Below, piece by piece: positions 47,617-61,058 of a DNA stretch of 64,000 nucleotides. Under the pieces are notes generated by a model. That model was not told the DNA's origin. It ran no database searches and saw only the letters and a program-made list of their open reading frames with translations. Position 1 is the first letter of the stretch. Each line of letters opens with the position of its first letter. The translations under genes and the position numbers were made by a program. The stretch comes from Spirogloea muscicola. Its lineage: Eukaryota. The stretch is taken from NCBI GenBank assembly GCA_009602725.1, contig WELB01000030.1, forward strand, positions 564,447-628,446, written 5' to 3'.

Positions 47617-50600
47617 TCACACACTGAGCCTGGCGCGAAAGTCCACCTTGGCAAAGGGGGCAGTCAGGTCATCGCAGCATGCCATCCGGATGCGCTCTGG
47701 CGTTGCTGGTGTGTCCAGCACAAACCTGCCCAAAAATGATTGCAACTTGTCAGGCAGGCCAGCTGGCTACCTTCACATCCACTTCCGAACGAAGCAAGAA
47801 CCTTTGTCGTCCTCCAAGCTCTTAGTGATAAGAGGAAGTATATTGAGTCGATGCCCATTGTTTCCAATTGACGGCAATGCTGAAGCAGCTGGCTTGTGTA
47901 GGCGTACTCACCAGCCATCAATGCCGCTGTCCTTGCGGGCAGCGTAGATGGCGTCCTTCACGGCAAACATGGCGGAGCTGGCCAAAAACAGGGGCGGCTC
48001 GCCCACCGCCTTGCTCGACATCACTGCCCTTGGATTAGGAGCATCCTGCGTGCTCACAAACGAATTGCAACGTGATCACGTGCAGCTTTGAACAAGCGAA
48101 AATATCCTCATCTTAGGCTGCTCTACCATCATCCTCACACTTGCTTGATCAACCTGCCAGAGAGTTGTCGCTTGACCTCAACCGCAAATTGAGGGGCTAA
48201 AGCATCCCGCTTTTCGTGTCTTAAGCTGCTTAAAAAATAGTTATCAGTGGAAACATATCTTCCTAAATCAAAGCCGCAAAGTACCTTGAGAAGGCCGACG
48301 CGGAAGTCGATTGGAATGTCATTGACTGTGGGGAGCTTGTAGGTGCCCGGACCCTGTGTGAAGAGGACGCCGGGCGGCACCCACAGGTGCGCTTTGTCGC
48401 CCCACTTGAGCTCCTCAGTCAGCGCCCAGCCCATGCCCTGGACGTACGCTCCCTCGATCTGCAGCCACAGAAGGCCGACCTATACGTTGTTAGTATTGAA
48501 GGCTGTGGTACTTGCTAATTACTCCATAAGTGCGCTCAAGGTGGTGAAGCTCAAGTGGAGGAGAGGCAGCCAGGATGTTCTCAAAGCCAAAGTACTGAAG
48601 TAGCTGCTTAACTATCGCTGACATAATACTAGTACTGCACTATTGAGCTTATGACACAGGAAGACAGACCTGCCCGACATCAATGGCGGGGTTGAGCGAT
48701 GTGCCGAGGTCCATGAGAATGTCAACCCGGCGAAGGTGGAAATCGCCAGTCAGCGTGTCGATTTCCGCTTCAGCAAATGCGGCACCGAACGTATAGTAGT
48801 TGAATGGCATGCCCTTGCCAACAGCAAAGTCGAAGCCAATGTCCGGGGTAATGTAGAAGCCGTGCGCCGAGAGGTCAATGCGTTGCATCCAGCACTTGGT
48901 TGCAACCTTCACAAAATCGGCAGTGGAGCGAACAAAAGTTTTAATAAGCAGTCTCCACTAGTCAAGTTGTGACCTCTTTGCATTGGGCTGCATGTGAGCA
49001 AGTCAGACTCCTCTTACAATCAGACATTGACTGCCGCATAGATACAAGCCATATTACAATGAATCACCTACATTGAGTCACAACGGGGATGTATCCAACC
49101 AATCAAAAGTGTGCAATTTAGATTGAGAAGAAATATCTGCCAAACAAGAATCTCATCGGGAGGAGGGGGCAAGGGGGATCCACCTGGGCAAGCGTGGCAG
49201 CCGGCATGACGTCTGCAACGGGCTTCATGCGTGCTTTGAGCTCATTGCAGGCATTGAGCACGGCCGCGCCATACATATCTGAGCTCGCTGACGCTGCTGT
49301 GGGTGAAGAGTTTGGCACCTGTAAGCTCGCCGCGGCAAAGGGGCGGCACCAATGCAGCGTGATTTCGATTGTGCCAACAGTGAAGTGGGCTCCTGTGCTG
49401 CTTGTCTGTGGTCTTAAGCGACCAACTTGAAATTAGCGCGGCACGTCTGACCTTATCGGTACTCGTCTCGGCGATGAAGACGGAAGACAGAGGGATGTTG
49501 AGCGCCGCCGCCGCCACCTGCGCAACCTTGGTATGCAGGCCCTGGCCCATCTCGACACCGCCGTGCGTCACCAGCACTGTGCCGTCGGTGTAGATGTGCA
49601 CCAGCGCGCCCGCCTGCAGCAAGGCAGCTCAGATTCAGGCCCACGGCTACACTGTCTCGTTCAGAATCGAACCTTACCTCCACTCTTACATGTCAATTTT
49701 GTACATTATGAACATTATGGAGAGGCGAGCGTCGAGTATTTGGTAGTAATGGGTTGAGGTTAGAGGTCCAAAATGATGACATGTTGAGAACGTGGGATTA
49801 CCTGATTCATGAACTTGGTGGTGAAGGAAATGCCAAACTTGGTGGGAGTGGAGGCGAGGCCGCGTTTGCGCCAGCGGGAGGTCGCGTTGAAGGCGTCGAC
49901 CTCGGCGCGGCGGCGCGCAAACTCTGACGACTCCATGAGCTCCGCCCAGATGCGCTGGATCTGGCAGCGCTCCAAGCGCTGGCCGTAGTGCGTCTCGTAG
50001 CCCTCGGGATGGAAGTTGAGCTCCTGCACGACGTCTCGGGGCTTGCCGACTGCGAGCGCGACGCGCTCGAGCCAGTTCTCGGCGACTATCATGCCCTGTG
50101 GCCCGCCGAAGCCCCGGAAGGCTGTGTTGCTGGGCAGGTTGGTCTTGGCCACGCGCGCGTTGATGCGCACGTTCGGGATCGCATAGACATTGTCTGAGTG
50201 AAACATGGCACGCTCGGACACGGAGCACGACAAGTCAGCCGTGTTGCCCGCGTTCGCATATAGCTGCAGGTCCAGTGCCAGCAGCCGCCCCTCCTTGGTG
50301 AAGCCCACCTGCAGTCATCCATTCACAGAAGGATGGTGGTAAAGGACATGGAGAAAGGGCGGAGCAGGTGAGGAGGGAGGTCAGATAGGACACACTGAGA
50401 GAGAGTAGGGAGGAGGGAGGGTAGGGGCCGGACCTTGTATTTGGCCAAGAATGGGTGGCGCGTGCCGGTGATGGCCATGTCGACGTTGCGGTCGAGCGTG
50501 AGTTTGACGGGCCGGCGGAGGTGGAACGCCGGGACGGCGGCGGCGGCGGCGATGAAGACGGTGCGCGACTCCTTGCCGCCGAACCCGCCGCCGAGCCGCT

Positions 50601-53600
50601 TGGTGCGGCACACCACCTTGGACATGGGCAGGCCGAGGACGTGCGCGACAATCTGCTGGTGCTTCTGCGGCGCCTGCGTGGACGACACCATGTGCACCTC
50701 GGAGCCGGCGTCGACCGTCCACACGAGCGTGCAATTGGGCTCGAGGTAGAAGTGCTCCTGGCCGCCCATCTGCACGTCGCCCTCAAGCACGCCGCCGTCG
50801 CACGCGCCGGACGCAAACGCCTCGTCAACGTCGCCCGTGGCCATATAGCGGTCCATGTTGGGCATGAAGCTCCCTGCTGCCACCGCATCCTCGATGCTCA
50901 AGAGGGGGGGCAGAGGCTCGTACTCCACGCGCACGTGCCGTGCTGCCATCTTGGCTGCCTCCAGCGTCTCCGCAACCACAACGCCAATGACCTTCACACA
51001 GATTTGCGTTTGCAGGAGGGTGAGACCGCGGAGAGAGGGCAGGAAGGAGGGTGGAGGGTGGTTGGCCACTATCAGTGTTTACACAAGCCGCAAAAGGAGA
51101 GAGGCAGGGTGGGTAAGCCGCAAGGTGGCTGAGAGGGAGGAGGGAAGGAGGAGGGAGGAGGGAGGAGGGCAGCGGTGCTGCACCTGGCCAACGCATGTGA
51201 CCTTGGACGTGGCGAAGACCTCCTCGTCGTGCACAACAGGGCCAATGTCATTGCCGCCCGGCACATGGGAGGCGTCATAGTATCCGGCGAATCCAGGGAC
51301 AGCCTCGGCCGCAGACGCATCGACCGACAGGAGGCGGGCATGCGGCTTGCTGCTGAGGACGAGCGCGGCGTGCAGGCCACCGGCGGGCAGCGGCAAGTCG
51401 TCGGCGTACTCCGCCTCGCCGCTGACCTGCAGGTCAGCAGACATGTGGACGAGCGGCATGCCGGCAGGGCCACCGCCTTCGTCTATCTGGTAATACTGGA
51501 GGCCACGGGCTGGCGGCCGATGCAGTGGCGCCACAGCGGAGCGCCACGATGAGGGCAGGCCGTGGCTGCTCCACCCGGCATCCGCCTCCAGGTCGTAGCT
51601 TGCTGCGACGAAGGCCTTGAAGAGGAAGGAGGCGGCCAGCGAGCGCCGGAACTCGGGCATGCCCCCTGGCGCGGTGTCGGCCACCACCACATCGTTGCGC
51701 AGCGACTCGAGTGCAGCGTCCAGCGTGGCGCGCGTCCACGGCGCGCCCGCCAGCGCCGCTTCGGTTTTCTTTGCGCTGATTGTCAGCGCTGCCACGCCGC
51801 CGAATGCGATTGACGCATCCTCCACAAACCAGCCACCATTGTCGTCGCCAGCGCCACCGTCTGCTGCAGGCTTGAGAGCCACTCGAATGCCGGCATTCAC
51901 AATGGCAATGTCGTCGTCCCGCCGATGCGCCTGCTTATATTCCCTCACGTACTCAAATTTGCGCGTCCTGGTGAGAGGCAAGAAGGAGGAGGTAGGAGGG
52001 CCTAGTAAGTCAGGCATGAGCACTTGTGGCAGACCATAGCTGAAAGTTGGAGGGAGGGTGGTATGAGGCGGAGGAGGAGGGGAGGAGGGAGGTGAATCAG
52101 AAGGAATAGAAGATCATTGGAGATAAAAGAGGAGGGAGGTGACAGGACTTAGGAGAGAGGGCGGACCCTCACCAAGGCAAGAAGACGGCAAGCAGCACCT
52201 CATCGGGCGCAAGGTCGACCTTGCGGTACCCGAGGAAGAAGTCGCGTGCAAGCACAGCGCGGCCCTTGGGGTTGGCCGCGGACGCAGTGCGGAACTCAGC
52301 GCCCGCCGCAATCCACAGCGGATTGAGGTCTGAGATGGGCGACGCGGTGCACACGTTGCCGCCTACCGATGCGACATTGCGGATCTGGTTGCCGGCAAAC
52401 CACCTGAGCTGCTCCACGATTGCGCGGCATGCCGACGTCTGCCACTTGGGCCGCACGGCCACCTCCGCCCGGAGCGCATCCATGAGGCGGGAGAGCGTGA
52501 CGGAGGCGCCGATGGCAATGCCTGCCTTGCTGACCTCAAGGACGTTAAGCTCCGGCACAGCGGTCGTGCCTACGAGAACCGGATACCCTGCTGCCTTGAA
52601 CTTCATCTCAATGCCGACTTCCGAGTTGCCGACCACAAGCTTTGCCTTGGGATGCCGCGCCTTCAGAGCCAGCAGCTCGGCGAGCGACACCGGGCGGTGC
52701 CACAGGGCGCCTGCAGCGCCGTTGAGCTGCAGCGCCGCCGGCGCGCGCTTGACGAGCTCGGGCGGGAAGATGGGCTCCGCCTTGCTGGTCGTTGGCACCA
52801 CGTAGCCCTTAGCGGAGTCGCAGGACCCGCTGCAGCAGCCGCCGCCCTCCTCCTTCCCTCCGCCCTTGCAGGCACAGGGCAGCCCCGTGGAGGGACAGAC
52901 GCCGTTGCCATTGGCAGCCGCGAGCTGCGTGGGCGCATCGGCAGCTGCACGCGCGTCACGGGTGTACGCGGCGGCAGCGTCGGCGTCGCCGCCGCCGCCC
53001 TTGGCAAAGGCGCGGAAGGCGTCCAGGATCGGGCGGTAGCCCGTGCAGCGGCACAGGTTGCCCGCCAGGTTCTCCTCGATCTCCTCCTCGGTCGGCGCGC
53101 TCGCCGACGAGCGCAGCAGCGAGTACATGGACATGACGAAGCCCGGCGTGCAGAAGCCGCACTGCGACCCGTGCGCCTTGGCCAGCCGCTCCTGCATGAA
53201 GAAGAAGACAGCGGCTGCCAATGTTAAAGAGCGGCTGAATGAACCAGCCAGGTGCATATACAGGGTGTTCATGACCATGTTAGCCATCATGAGTATATAT
53301 CATGACTATATTAGCGGAGCCACAGGCTAGGCAGACAGGGCGCTCTGAGTACCCCAGTGTCAGCAGGGAGGGAGGGAGGACAAGAGGTGATGGGAGTGCT
53401 GCTGAGAGTGCGAGTGAGAGAGGAGAGCCGGGAGGACAGAGGTGGTGGAGGAGGAGAGAGGGTGACGTCCGCATTAGAATACGAAATAAACATGAGACCA
53501 GATCCTCAATCTAGAATTTCTCGGAGCGGAAAGACTGACCTGGACAGGGTGGAGGCCGTCGCGCGCATTGCCGATGCCCTCGACGGTCACGACGGCCATG

Positions 53601-54022
53601 CCCTCCACGGAGTAGAGCGGCGCGAGGCACGCGTTCACGGAGCGGTGCCTGCGGCAGACTCCCGCAGCCATCTACAGAGCCTAAGCCGCCACGATACGCC
53701 GCAAGTCCAGAATACTCCCACATGCGGCATTGACGCCAGCGGCTGCCGCTCTGGCAGCAGGCGAGCGGCGAGGGTTTGGCGGCGGCGGCATACACGACTC
53801 GCTTGTCGGCGACGTCGTAGTGCGAGACCATGACGGTACAGGCGCCGCAGCCGCCCTCGCCGCATCCGAGCTTGGTGCCCGCCAGCCCGATCTCTGCGGC
53901 GAGGAGGGGCCCCGCCATGAGCGGCGCGGCAGGCGGGGGGGGGGGGAGATGGCAGCCGCGCCGCACAGCGACCACAAGGCGGCAGCTGCGATGACCTAAG
54001 GACAGCGGCGAGTGGAGGCGAC

Positions 54023-54055
<33 letters not shown>

Positions 54056-54200
54056 GCTTACCTCGCAGGTACTCGAGAAGCGTGGCTTCGGCGTGGCCGT
54101 CGGGCAGCACGCGCCGCCGGCCATTGACGTACACGATGGCCTCCGGTGCGACCGCCGGCGGCAGGCCCGCCGCCGGCAAGGCCTCCGCCACCGTGCCCAT
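47617..54200 (-). CDS. XDH: Xanthine dehydrogenase (2Fe-2S, FAD and molybdopterin domains), multi-exon
   Basis: Motifs: [103 protein letters not shown]. The XDH-type Glu/Arg substrate residues are present, which argues against aldehyde oxidase. It ends DFRARLSV*. Confidence 0.97.
53221..53334 (+). repeat. Short dispersed intronic repeat, copy B (antisense in an XDH intron) with a 31-bp insertion
   Basis: atgttaaagagcggctga..ccagccaggtgcata..agggtgtt..tgttagc[insert]ggagccacaggcta aligns to 13850-13933. Confidence 0.8.
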
Positions 54201-54668
54201 CGCGGGCGCCGGCGGCGGCGGCGGACCCTCTTCCCGAGATGTGGCGCTGGGAAGTTTTGGGGGGCGGCGCGGGTGGGGGAGAAAAAGGGAGGGGAGGAAG
54301 GACTGGCGGGGAGAGAGGCACATCAGTGAAGTGACTGTAGCTGGGGAGACAGGCAGGAAATGGTGGGGAGGGAGGTGTGCATCTCCGGTGTGCCACGTGG
54401 GCGGAGGGCCACGGGGGGGGGGGATCCTGGTAAGGGGTTGGGGCTCGGGAGGCGGCGCCGCAGGGAGAAGCAGCGGGCTCCGCAGAGCGGCCCATGCTGG
54501 CGGACCCGCGGCGTTGCGGAGGTGGTCGGGTCGGCCCCGCTGTGACGGCTGCGACGCGCCGGGTTCGCCCGTGCCACATGGGCACCTTGCGCCTTGCTCA
54601 GTACCCGGCGTGCTTCCCTCCGCGGTGCGCACAATCATGCCCCCCAGGACGCCGCCGCCGGCCCATCC

Positions 54669-54790
54669 GCGTCGCAGGGCGTCGCGAGGGGCGTCGCACG
54701 GCGTCGCCCGGCTGGGCAGAGAGTCGCCATAAGTCGCCCTGAGCGTTCGCAGGCATCGCATAGCGTCGCAGGGCATCGCCGGGCGCCGCA
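54669..54790. repeat. About 10-bp-period array of GCGTCGC-like motifs in the XDH/PNPase divergent promoter
   Basis: Cores lie at 54671, 54681, 54693, 54703, 54723, 54733, 54746, 54755, 54765, 54775 and 54785. Confidence 0.8.
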
Positions 54791-55080
54791 CGCTGGCGGC
54801 TCGCACAAGCCGGGAAAGGGTCCATTCACGGGCAGCCGCTCCCTGACGGCATTCTCTCCCGTTAGCGGGCTCGGCCCCGACGGGGCCAGTGTGAACGGGG
54901 AGTCGCCTAAACCCCCGATCCCCGAGCAGCACCCCCCCCTCTCTCCGGGCAGCCCGCCTCCCCTCCCCGCTACATGCTCATTGGGTTACCAGACGCCTCC
55001 CTTATCGCCAAGCCACAGGCCGCCTTTCTTAAACCTCCACCCCCCCTCCCATCCCAGCGCCTCCGGCGCGCGCGCTTGCC

Positions 55081-58000
55081 ATGGCGCCGCCGCCGTGGCT
55101 GTGGCCGCGCGCGCTGGCGCCCGCGCTGCGCTCGCGGGCGGCNNNNNNNNNNNNNNNNNNNNNNNNNNNNNNNNNNNNNNNNNNNNNNNNNNNNNNNNNN
55201 NNNNNNNNNNNNNNNNNNNNNNNNNNNNNNNNNNNNNNNNNNNNNNNNNNNNNNNNNNNNNNNNNNNNNNNNNNNNNNNNNNNNNNNNNNNNNNNNNNNN
55301 NNNNNNNNNNNNNNNNNNNNNNNNNNNNNNNNNNNNNNNNNNNNGTCGCCGGGTGAGGCGGGCGCGGCCGCCGCCGCCGTGCCGCCCGGCCGCTGCGACC
55401 GCCTCCGCCGCCTCCGGTGGCGATGGCCGGAGTCCGGATCCCTGTCGCTGCTGGCGCCGCATAACCCGCCTGCTAAAAGACAGTTAGTCCTAACCGATTC
55501 GCAATGAGTGCGGTCGTCGCCGCCTGGGCTGAGCCCCCTGCCGTGGCCATGGCCATGACAGCGCCCGGCAAGGCGTTCCGGACGGAGGCGCCCGGCGGTG
55601 TGGCGTTCGAGAGCGGCAAGCTGGCGCGGCTGGCCGGCGGCGCCGTGCTCGCCACCGCCGCCGACGGCACCGCCGTGCTCGCCACCGTCGTCTGCGCCCA
55701 CGGCGACGGCGGCGGCGACGACCGCGGCTTCCTGCCCCTCATCGTGAGCTCCAGTGCCAGGCCGCCCAGCAAAAAGAATTCGGCTGCTGATACAATATCA
55801 ATACCATCATTACATGTTTCGTAAGTATTGTACTAGACTATCAGATAGTATGCTGATAAAATGCTCAACTATCATTAATCTGTTGTTGCATTATGAGTAG
55901 CTGTAAGAGCCAGCCAGGTGCATACAGAGGGTGCTCATTACTGTCTTAGGGAGATCCCATGGCCGCCGTGAAGTGCCACGAGAGCTGGCGCTGATGCCGT
56001 GGTCATGCGGGTTTCGGTCGCTGCCCGCGGGCGCTCAGGTCGACTACCGGGAGCGGTCGGCGGCAGTGAGCAAGATCCCTGGCACGCTGATGCGCCGGGA
56101 GGGCCCGCCGCGCGAGCGCGAGACGCTTGCCTCTCGCGCCATCGACCGCTGCCTCCGGCCCTTGTTCCCGCCCGGCTTTTCCGCCGACGTCCAAGTGCGT
56201 ACGCTGATGTCTCGCCGTCAGCTCGGCGGGTATTCGTGTTGCGCATTCACGTTGCCGTTTCCGCCCTGACTGCAGCTCACAAGAGGTCCAGCATTTCATG
56301 GCCGAGCTTTTGGACAGGATTCAGTCGGTGGTGATGAGCCTTGCTACCTGTCCACCTCCCTCCTCTTGCCGTCTCACCATAATCCTTGTCTTTCCGACTC
56401 GGACGGCAGATCATGGCCAGTGTGCTGGCCTCCGGAGGTGAGGCCGACCCCGACGTCCAGGCCATCAATGCGGCATCCGCGGCGCTGCACTCGTCCGACG
56501 TGCCCTGGGGTGGCCCGCTGGGCGCCGTGCGCATCGGGCGCGTCGCTGGCCAGCTGGTCGTCAACCCCAAGCCCGTGGAGGTGCGATCTGTGCCTCGAGA
56601 GCCCTGCCGGCGGCAGCGCACGGCCTCCTGCTTGTCCGCCGGCGGCGGCGCTGATCGCGGGCTGCCTGTTCTCCTGCTGCAGCTGGCGGAGAGCGACCTG
56701 AGCCTGCTGTACGCAGGCACCGAGGACCGCACACTCATGCTCGAGGCCCAGGCCAGCGGCATCTCCGACAAGGACTTCTGCGCTGCGCTGGAGCTCGCTC
56801 ATGACGAGGTGTGCTGCTGCTTGGCCTCCCGACACTGCAACTCTTGACTAAACCCCGCTGTAGTTTGTGTAGTAGTTAGTGGTAGTGCCCCGCCATTCTG
56901 TGCGGCTTGCATTGAGCTCGTCAGTTGCTTGGTCCTTCAGCCTCCGGCCTCAAGCTATCGCCTTGCCGGTGGCCCAGGTCACGAAGCTGCTGCCAGCGCA
57001 GCGGCGGCTGGCGGAGCTGGTCGGCGCAGCCAAGCGTGGCGTGAAGGCGGCTGATGCTCATGCTGACGTCGTGGCCAAGGTCCGGGGGCTTGCCGCGCCA
57101 GCCATCGAGAGCGTCCTCACCAACCCAGCCTATGGCAAGGTGAGGCGCAGCGTGGTGGAGCAGCGTCTGCACATGACCACCTTCGTCCACCTTCATATTC
57201 TTGCAGTTAAAAGCGCGGGCCATTAAAGTTGATGGTGGTTATTTATCTGCAGATGGACCGGGGCCGGACTCTGGGCGACGTCCAAGCGCGCGTGCAGGAG
57301 GCGCTGGAGGCGGAGGGCGACGCGCGCGCGCTTGCGCAGCTCCCACTTGCCATCGAGAAGGTCAAGAAGGAGGTGCGTGCGTTGGCAGTCCCTGCTTCCC
57401 CTACTCCACACTGTGCATTCGCACGGCTGCTGCTTTGTAGTATTTAAAAGTGTAGACTTTGCCATTATCTTTGCTTGTGTAGCTTCCTATTCTGTAGATC
57501 CTTTGGTTATTGAAAATGGTTTTCTAATATACAAGACTAGATGGAGTCGCTCACCCCTCCTCCCACGTCCTCTTGATTCTTTCCATGGCCGCCAGATCGT
57601 GCGGCGGCACGTGTTCGAGGGCGGCACGCGCGTTGACGGCCGGCGGCTGGACGGCGTGCGCGCTCTCCTGTGCGAGGCCGGGCCGCTGCCCTCGCTGCAC
57701 GGGTCGTCCCTCTTCTCGCGCGGCAACACGCAGGTGCTCTGCACGGTGGCGCTGGGCGCGCCCGAGGACGCGCAGCGCCTCTTCTCGCTCGCCGGCACCA
57801 GCAGCAAGCGCTTCATGGTGCACTACGCCTTCCCGCCGTTTGCCGTCAACGAGATCCGCCCGGTCGCCGGGGTCTCGCGCCGCGAGGTCGGCCATGGTGA
57901 GCGCCCTGGCCTTTGTCACGCACAGCGGACTGAGTCAAGGTAACAAAGGACCATTTAGCTGGAAGTATCGGCATTTGATGGATGCTGCAAAGGCATTTCA

Positions 58001-61000
58001 TACATTAGTGTCTTCTGGCTGTGGTGTGGGGCTGCTCTGTATGCTGCATCGCCCGCGCTTCTGTTGCAGGCGCACTGGCGGAGAAGGCGCTCCTGGCGGT
58101 GCTGCCGCCAGAGGCAAGCTTCCCATACAGCGTCCGTGTGACGTCCGAGTGCCTCGCATCCGATGGATCGTCGTCCATGGCAACTGTCTGCGGAGGTGGG
58201 ATCTTACCACCCAGTACCTCCCCGCTCTTATCATGTCGTTGCTGCTCCTGCTTGAATTGGCACAGTGATTAAGAACGACAATGTGTGCAGTTTTGTAGCT
58301 AAGTTTGCTTTCAATACATATCTCCTCCTTGCTTTGAAGGCAACGTGTAAAGACTGCCGTCCGTCATCTGTCAACTGCTGGCAGCCCTTCTTCCAACGTT
58401 CTCAGACTGGCGGCACCGGCGTGGCGTGCAGGCAGCCTGGCACTGATGGACGCCGGGGTGCCGCTGCGGGAGCATGTGGCGGGTGTATCGATTGGTCTTA
58501 TGGCGGACGTCAACTCGGCCGATGGTACCATTCGGGACTATCGGCTGCTCACTGACATACTGGTATCTCGCCCTCGACTTGGCCTCAATGTTGCCAATAT
58601 TGCCTTCAGAAATTGTTCCGTAGCCTCTAATTGACAGCAAGTGCAGCACTTGGGTTCGTCTTGGCAATCAGGCTCCAATGGAAAAACAGCAATAAGCTGT
58701 CTATAAGCCCGATAATCTAAGATTGCATCTTAATTGTACTGTCCCACGACTTGTCCACTTTCCACCTGAAATTACGGTGGCGGTAGCGGCACAGGGCCTG
58801 GAGGACTACATGGGCGACATGGACTTCAAGATTGCGGGCACCCGCGGCGGCATCACAGCTGTGCAGCTGGACCTGAAGCTGCCGGGCGTGCCGCTCGCGG
58901 TGGTGGCCGCGAGCCTGGCACCTGCTGCAACCGCGCGGGCTGCCATTCTTGACGCCATGGAGGCCGAGCTCGCGGGCCCTCGGCAGGCCCGCTCTGCCAC
59001 TTTGCCCAAGATTGGTCAGGCTCCGCCTCGGAGGCACTCCACTTGACTCTCTCTGTGCATTGTGAAGCAGTATAGCTTCTCTTGTGTGGTCCAGTGGTTT
59101 ATGAGGTCTTCTAAATACGAAAGCGACATGTGTTAGTGCGGCAAGCCGCCTCTGCCTGCAGCATGCATTGGCACGCTGCCCGAGCTCTGCTCCTGACTAG
59201 GCTTGCTTCCCCCTGCTTGACGATGGTCGCCTCGGGCCATGCTTGCATGTTGCGCAGGCACCATGTCTATTGACCGCGACTTTATCGGGCGGCTGATTGG
59301 TCCTCAGGGCGCCAACATCAAGCATATCCAGGCCACGACAGGTTGCTTGCACGCCCGCTTCTCCGTATAAGAAGTAAATTCGAATCTTATTAGCTCTACT
59401 CGCTTTTTAAGGGCTGTGATACATGTCCTTGTAGGAAGGACAAGAGCTGCAGATTGCAGGTACTTGTCTTCGGCGGCAGGCCAGCCGCGCAAGTAAGCTC
59501 TCACCTGAGCAGACGAGTGCCGAGCTGTTGCGCCCTGCCCAGGCTCGAGGTTGAGCGTCGCTGATGACGGCACAGTCAACATCTTTGCCAGCACAGAGAA
59601 GGCATACAATGCCGCCAAGGACATGGTGCGGCTCTTGTTAGCTCTGGCAATCACGGCCGCTGGCATTGTAGGCCTGATTGGATTCGCATGTCAAGCCAAG
59701 TTGCTAACACCAGTCGTACACGTTGCTTCTGTCCGTGTGGCAAAAGGTCGAAGACACTGTGGGCCGTGAGGTGCCAGTGGGGTCATTGCATACCGCAACG
59801 GTGGTATCCATCCGCGAGTACGGTGCGATCGTGGAGCTGCCGGCCGGCCAGCAGGGTCTCGTGCACATCTCCGAGCTCGCTCATCACAAGGTATCGTGCA
59901 CGTGTCGCTGCTGCTACGATCTGCTCATTGGCGACAGTCGCCGTTGGCCTGTTTGGGCACGCCCGCCTTGATGCGGGCAGGGACTAACCATTGGTTGATT
60001 TGACTGTGTAGTGTATCTTCACCAAGAATGAGGGTTATGACTAGTTAATGCTCTCCATATCTGTGAGCTTGACTTGACATTGGTAAGTGGTGGTGGCTGT
60101 GGCTTGCTGTGGGTGGGGGACGGGGGCTGTGTTGCAGACACTGCGGGTGGAGGACGAGGTCGCACTGGGGCAGACGTTCCAGGTCGCGTGCGTTGCCAAG
60201 GACGTGCGTGGCAACCTGAAGCTGTCACGCAGGGCCTTCCTGCCGCCTCCCGATGCTGCAGCAACTGCGCCTAATCGGCTACCATTCTCCACGTCACCAC
60301 GACCACCCTCCCCCCCCTCGTCCACCCTCTCTGACCAGGACTCGTCGTCAACACCCTCTTCGTCATCCTCGCCGAATCCACCCTCACCGCCATCCTCGAC
60401 TGAAATGGGGACGAGCGGTAGAGGCAGTGGTGCAGACAGCAGCGCAGGGAGTAGAGCAGAGCCGGGCCAATTCCAACACGGCCTGCGCAGCGGCCGAGGC
60501 GGGAGACGGCCACGGCTGCTACGGCCACCCCCGAGGAAGGAGAGCTGGATGGTGGATGAGCTGCAGGCAGAGCTCCAGATGGAGGGCCGCAACAACGGCG
60601 ATGTGCTATTGGGGCAGCCTGGGAGCCCAAGCCCAGCCTCGACCGACACTGGACGGACCGAAGCTGACCTTAACAGTGATGAAGTTGAGCCGGAGCTCGA
60701 GCTGGAGGTTGGGCAAGAGTATGTCGCCATGGTGCGGCAAGTCCGGCAATTCGGCGCAGTGGTGATTGTGGATGGCAACACCGACGGTGTCTTGCGCTTT
60801 GATGAGGTGATCTCACGTCTTCTCATCCTATGCCAAGTGCTGTTGCGGTCAATGCTCATAGAAGATCAGCAACTGAGAGTCTACTTGGGGTTGCAGGGAA
60901 AGCACACCGATGCTGCAGCCGCAGCTGCGTTGGCGGGGAGTCTGGTTGTGGGGGAGGAGATCCGGGTGCAGTGCATCAGCCCAGGCAGGGCTGGAGCACG

Positions 61001-61058
61001 ACCCAGGTTCGCATTCGCAAGCGAGTCAGCGCAAGCCACAGTTGCTGCCCGGAGCTAG
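55081..61058 (+). CDS. PNP2: Polyribonucleotide nucleotidyltransferase, mitochondrial type (PNP2-like), multi-exon, gap within the first exon/intron
   Basis: A presequence-like [20 protein letters not shown] is followed by [82 protein letters not shown] and [19 protein letters not shown] motif (LIGPQG) and two S1-like regions follow. Confidence 0.95.
55908..55933 (+). repeat. Short dispersed intronic repeat, copy C (core only)
   Basis: A 26-mer identical to 13872-13897. Confidence 0.75.

Noticed and set aside
60700..61058. Second S1-like domain in PNPase as a novelty
   Set aside because: Plant mitochondrial PNPase is already known to have a C-terminal extension with a second S1 motif.
47617..61058. 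XDH plus PNPase as a metabolic gene cluster
   Set aside because: Only two genes acting in different compartments; adjacency alone is insufficient evidence.
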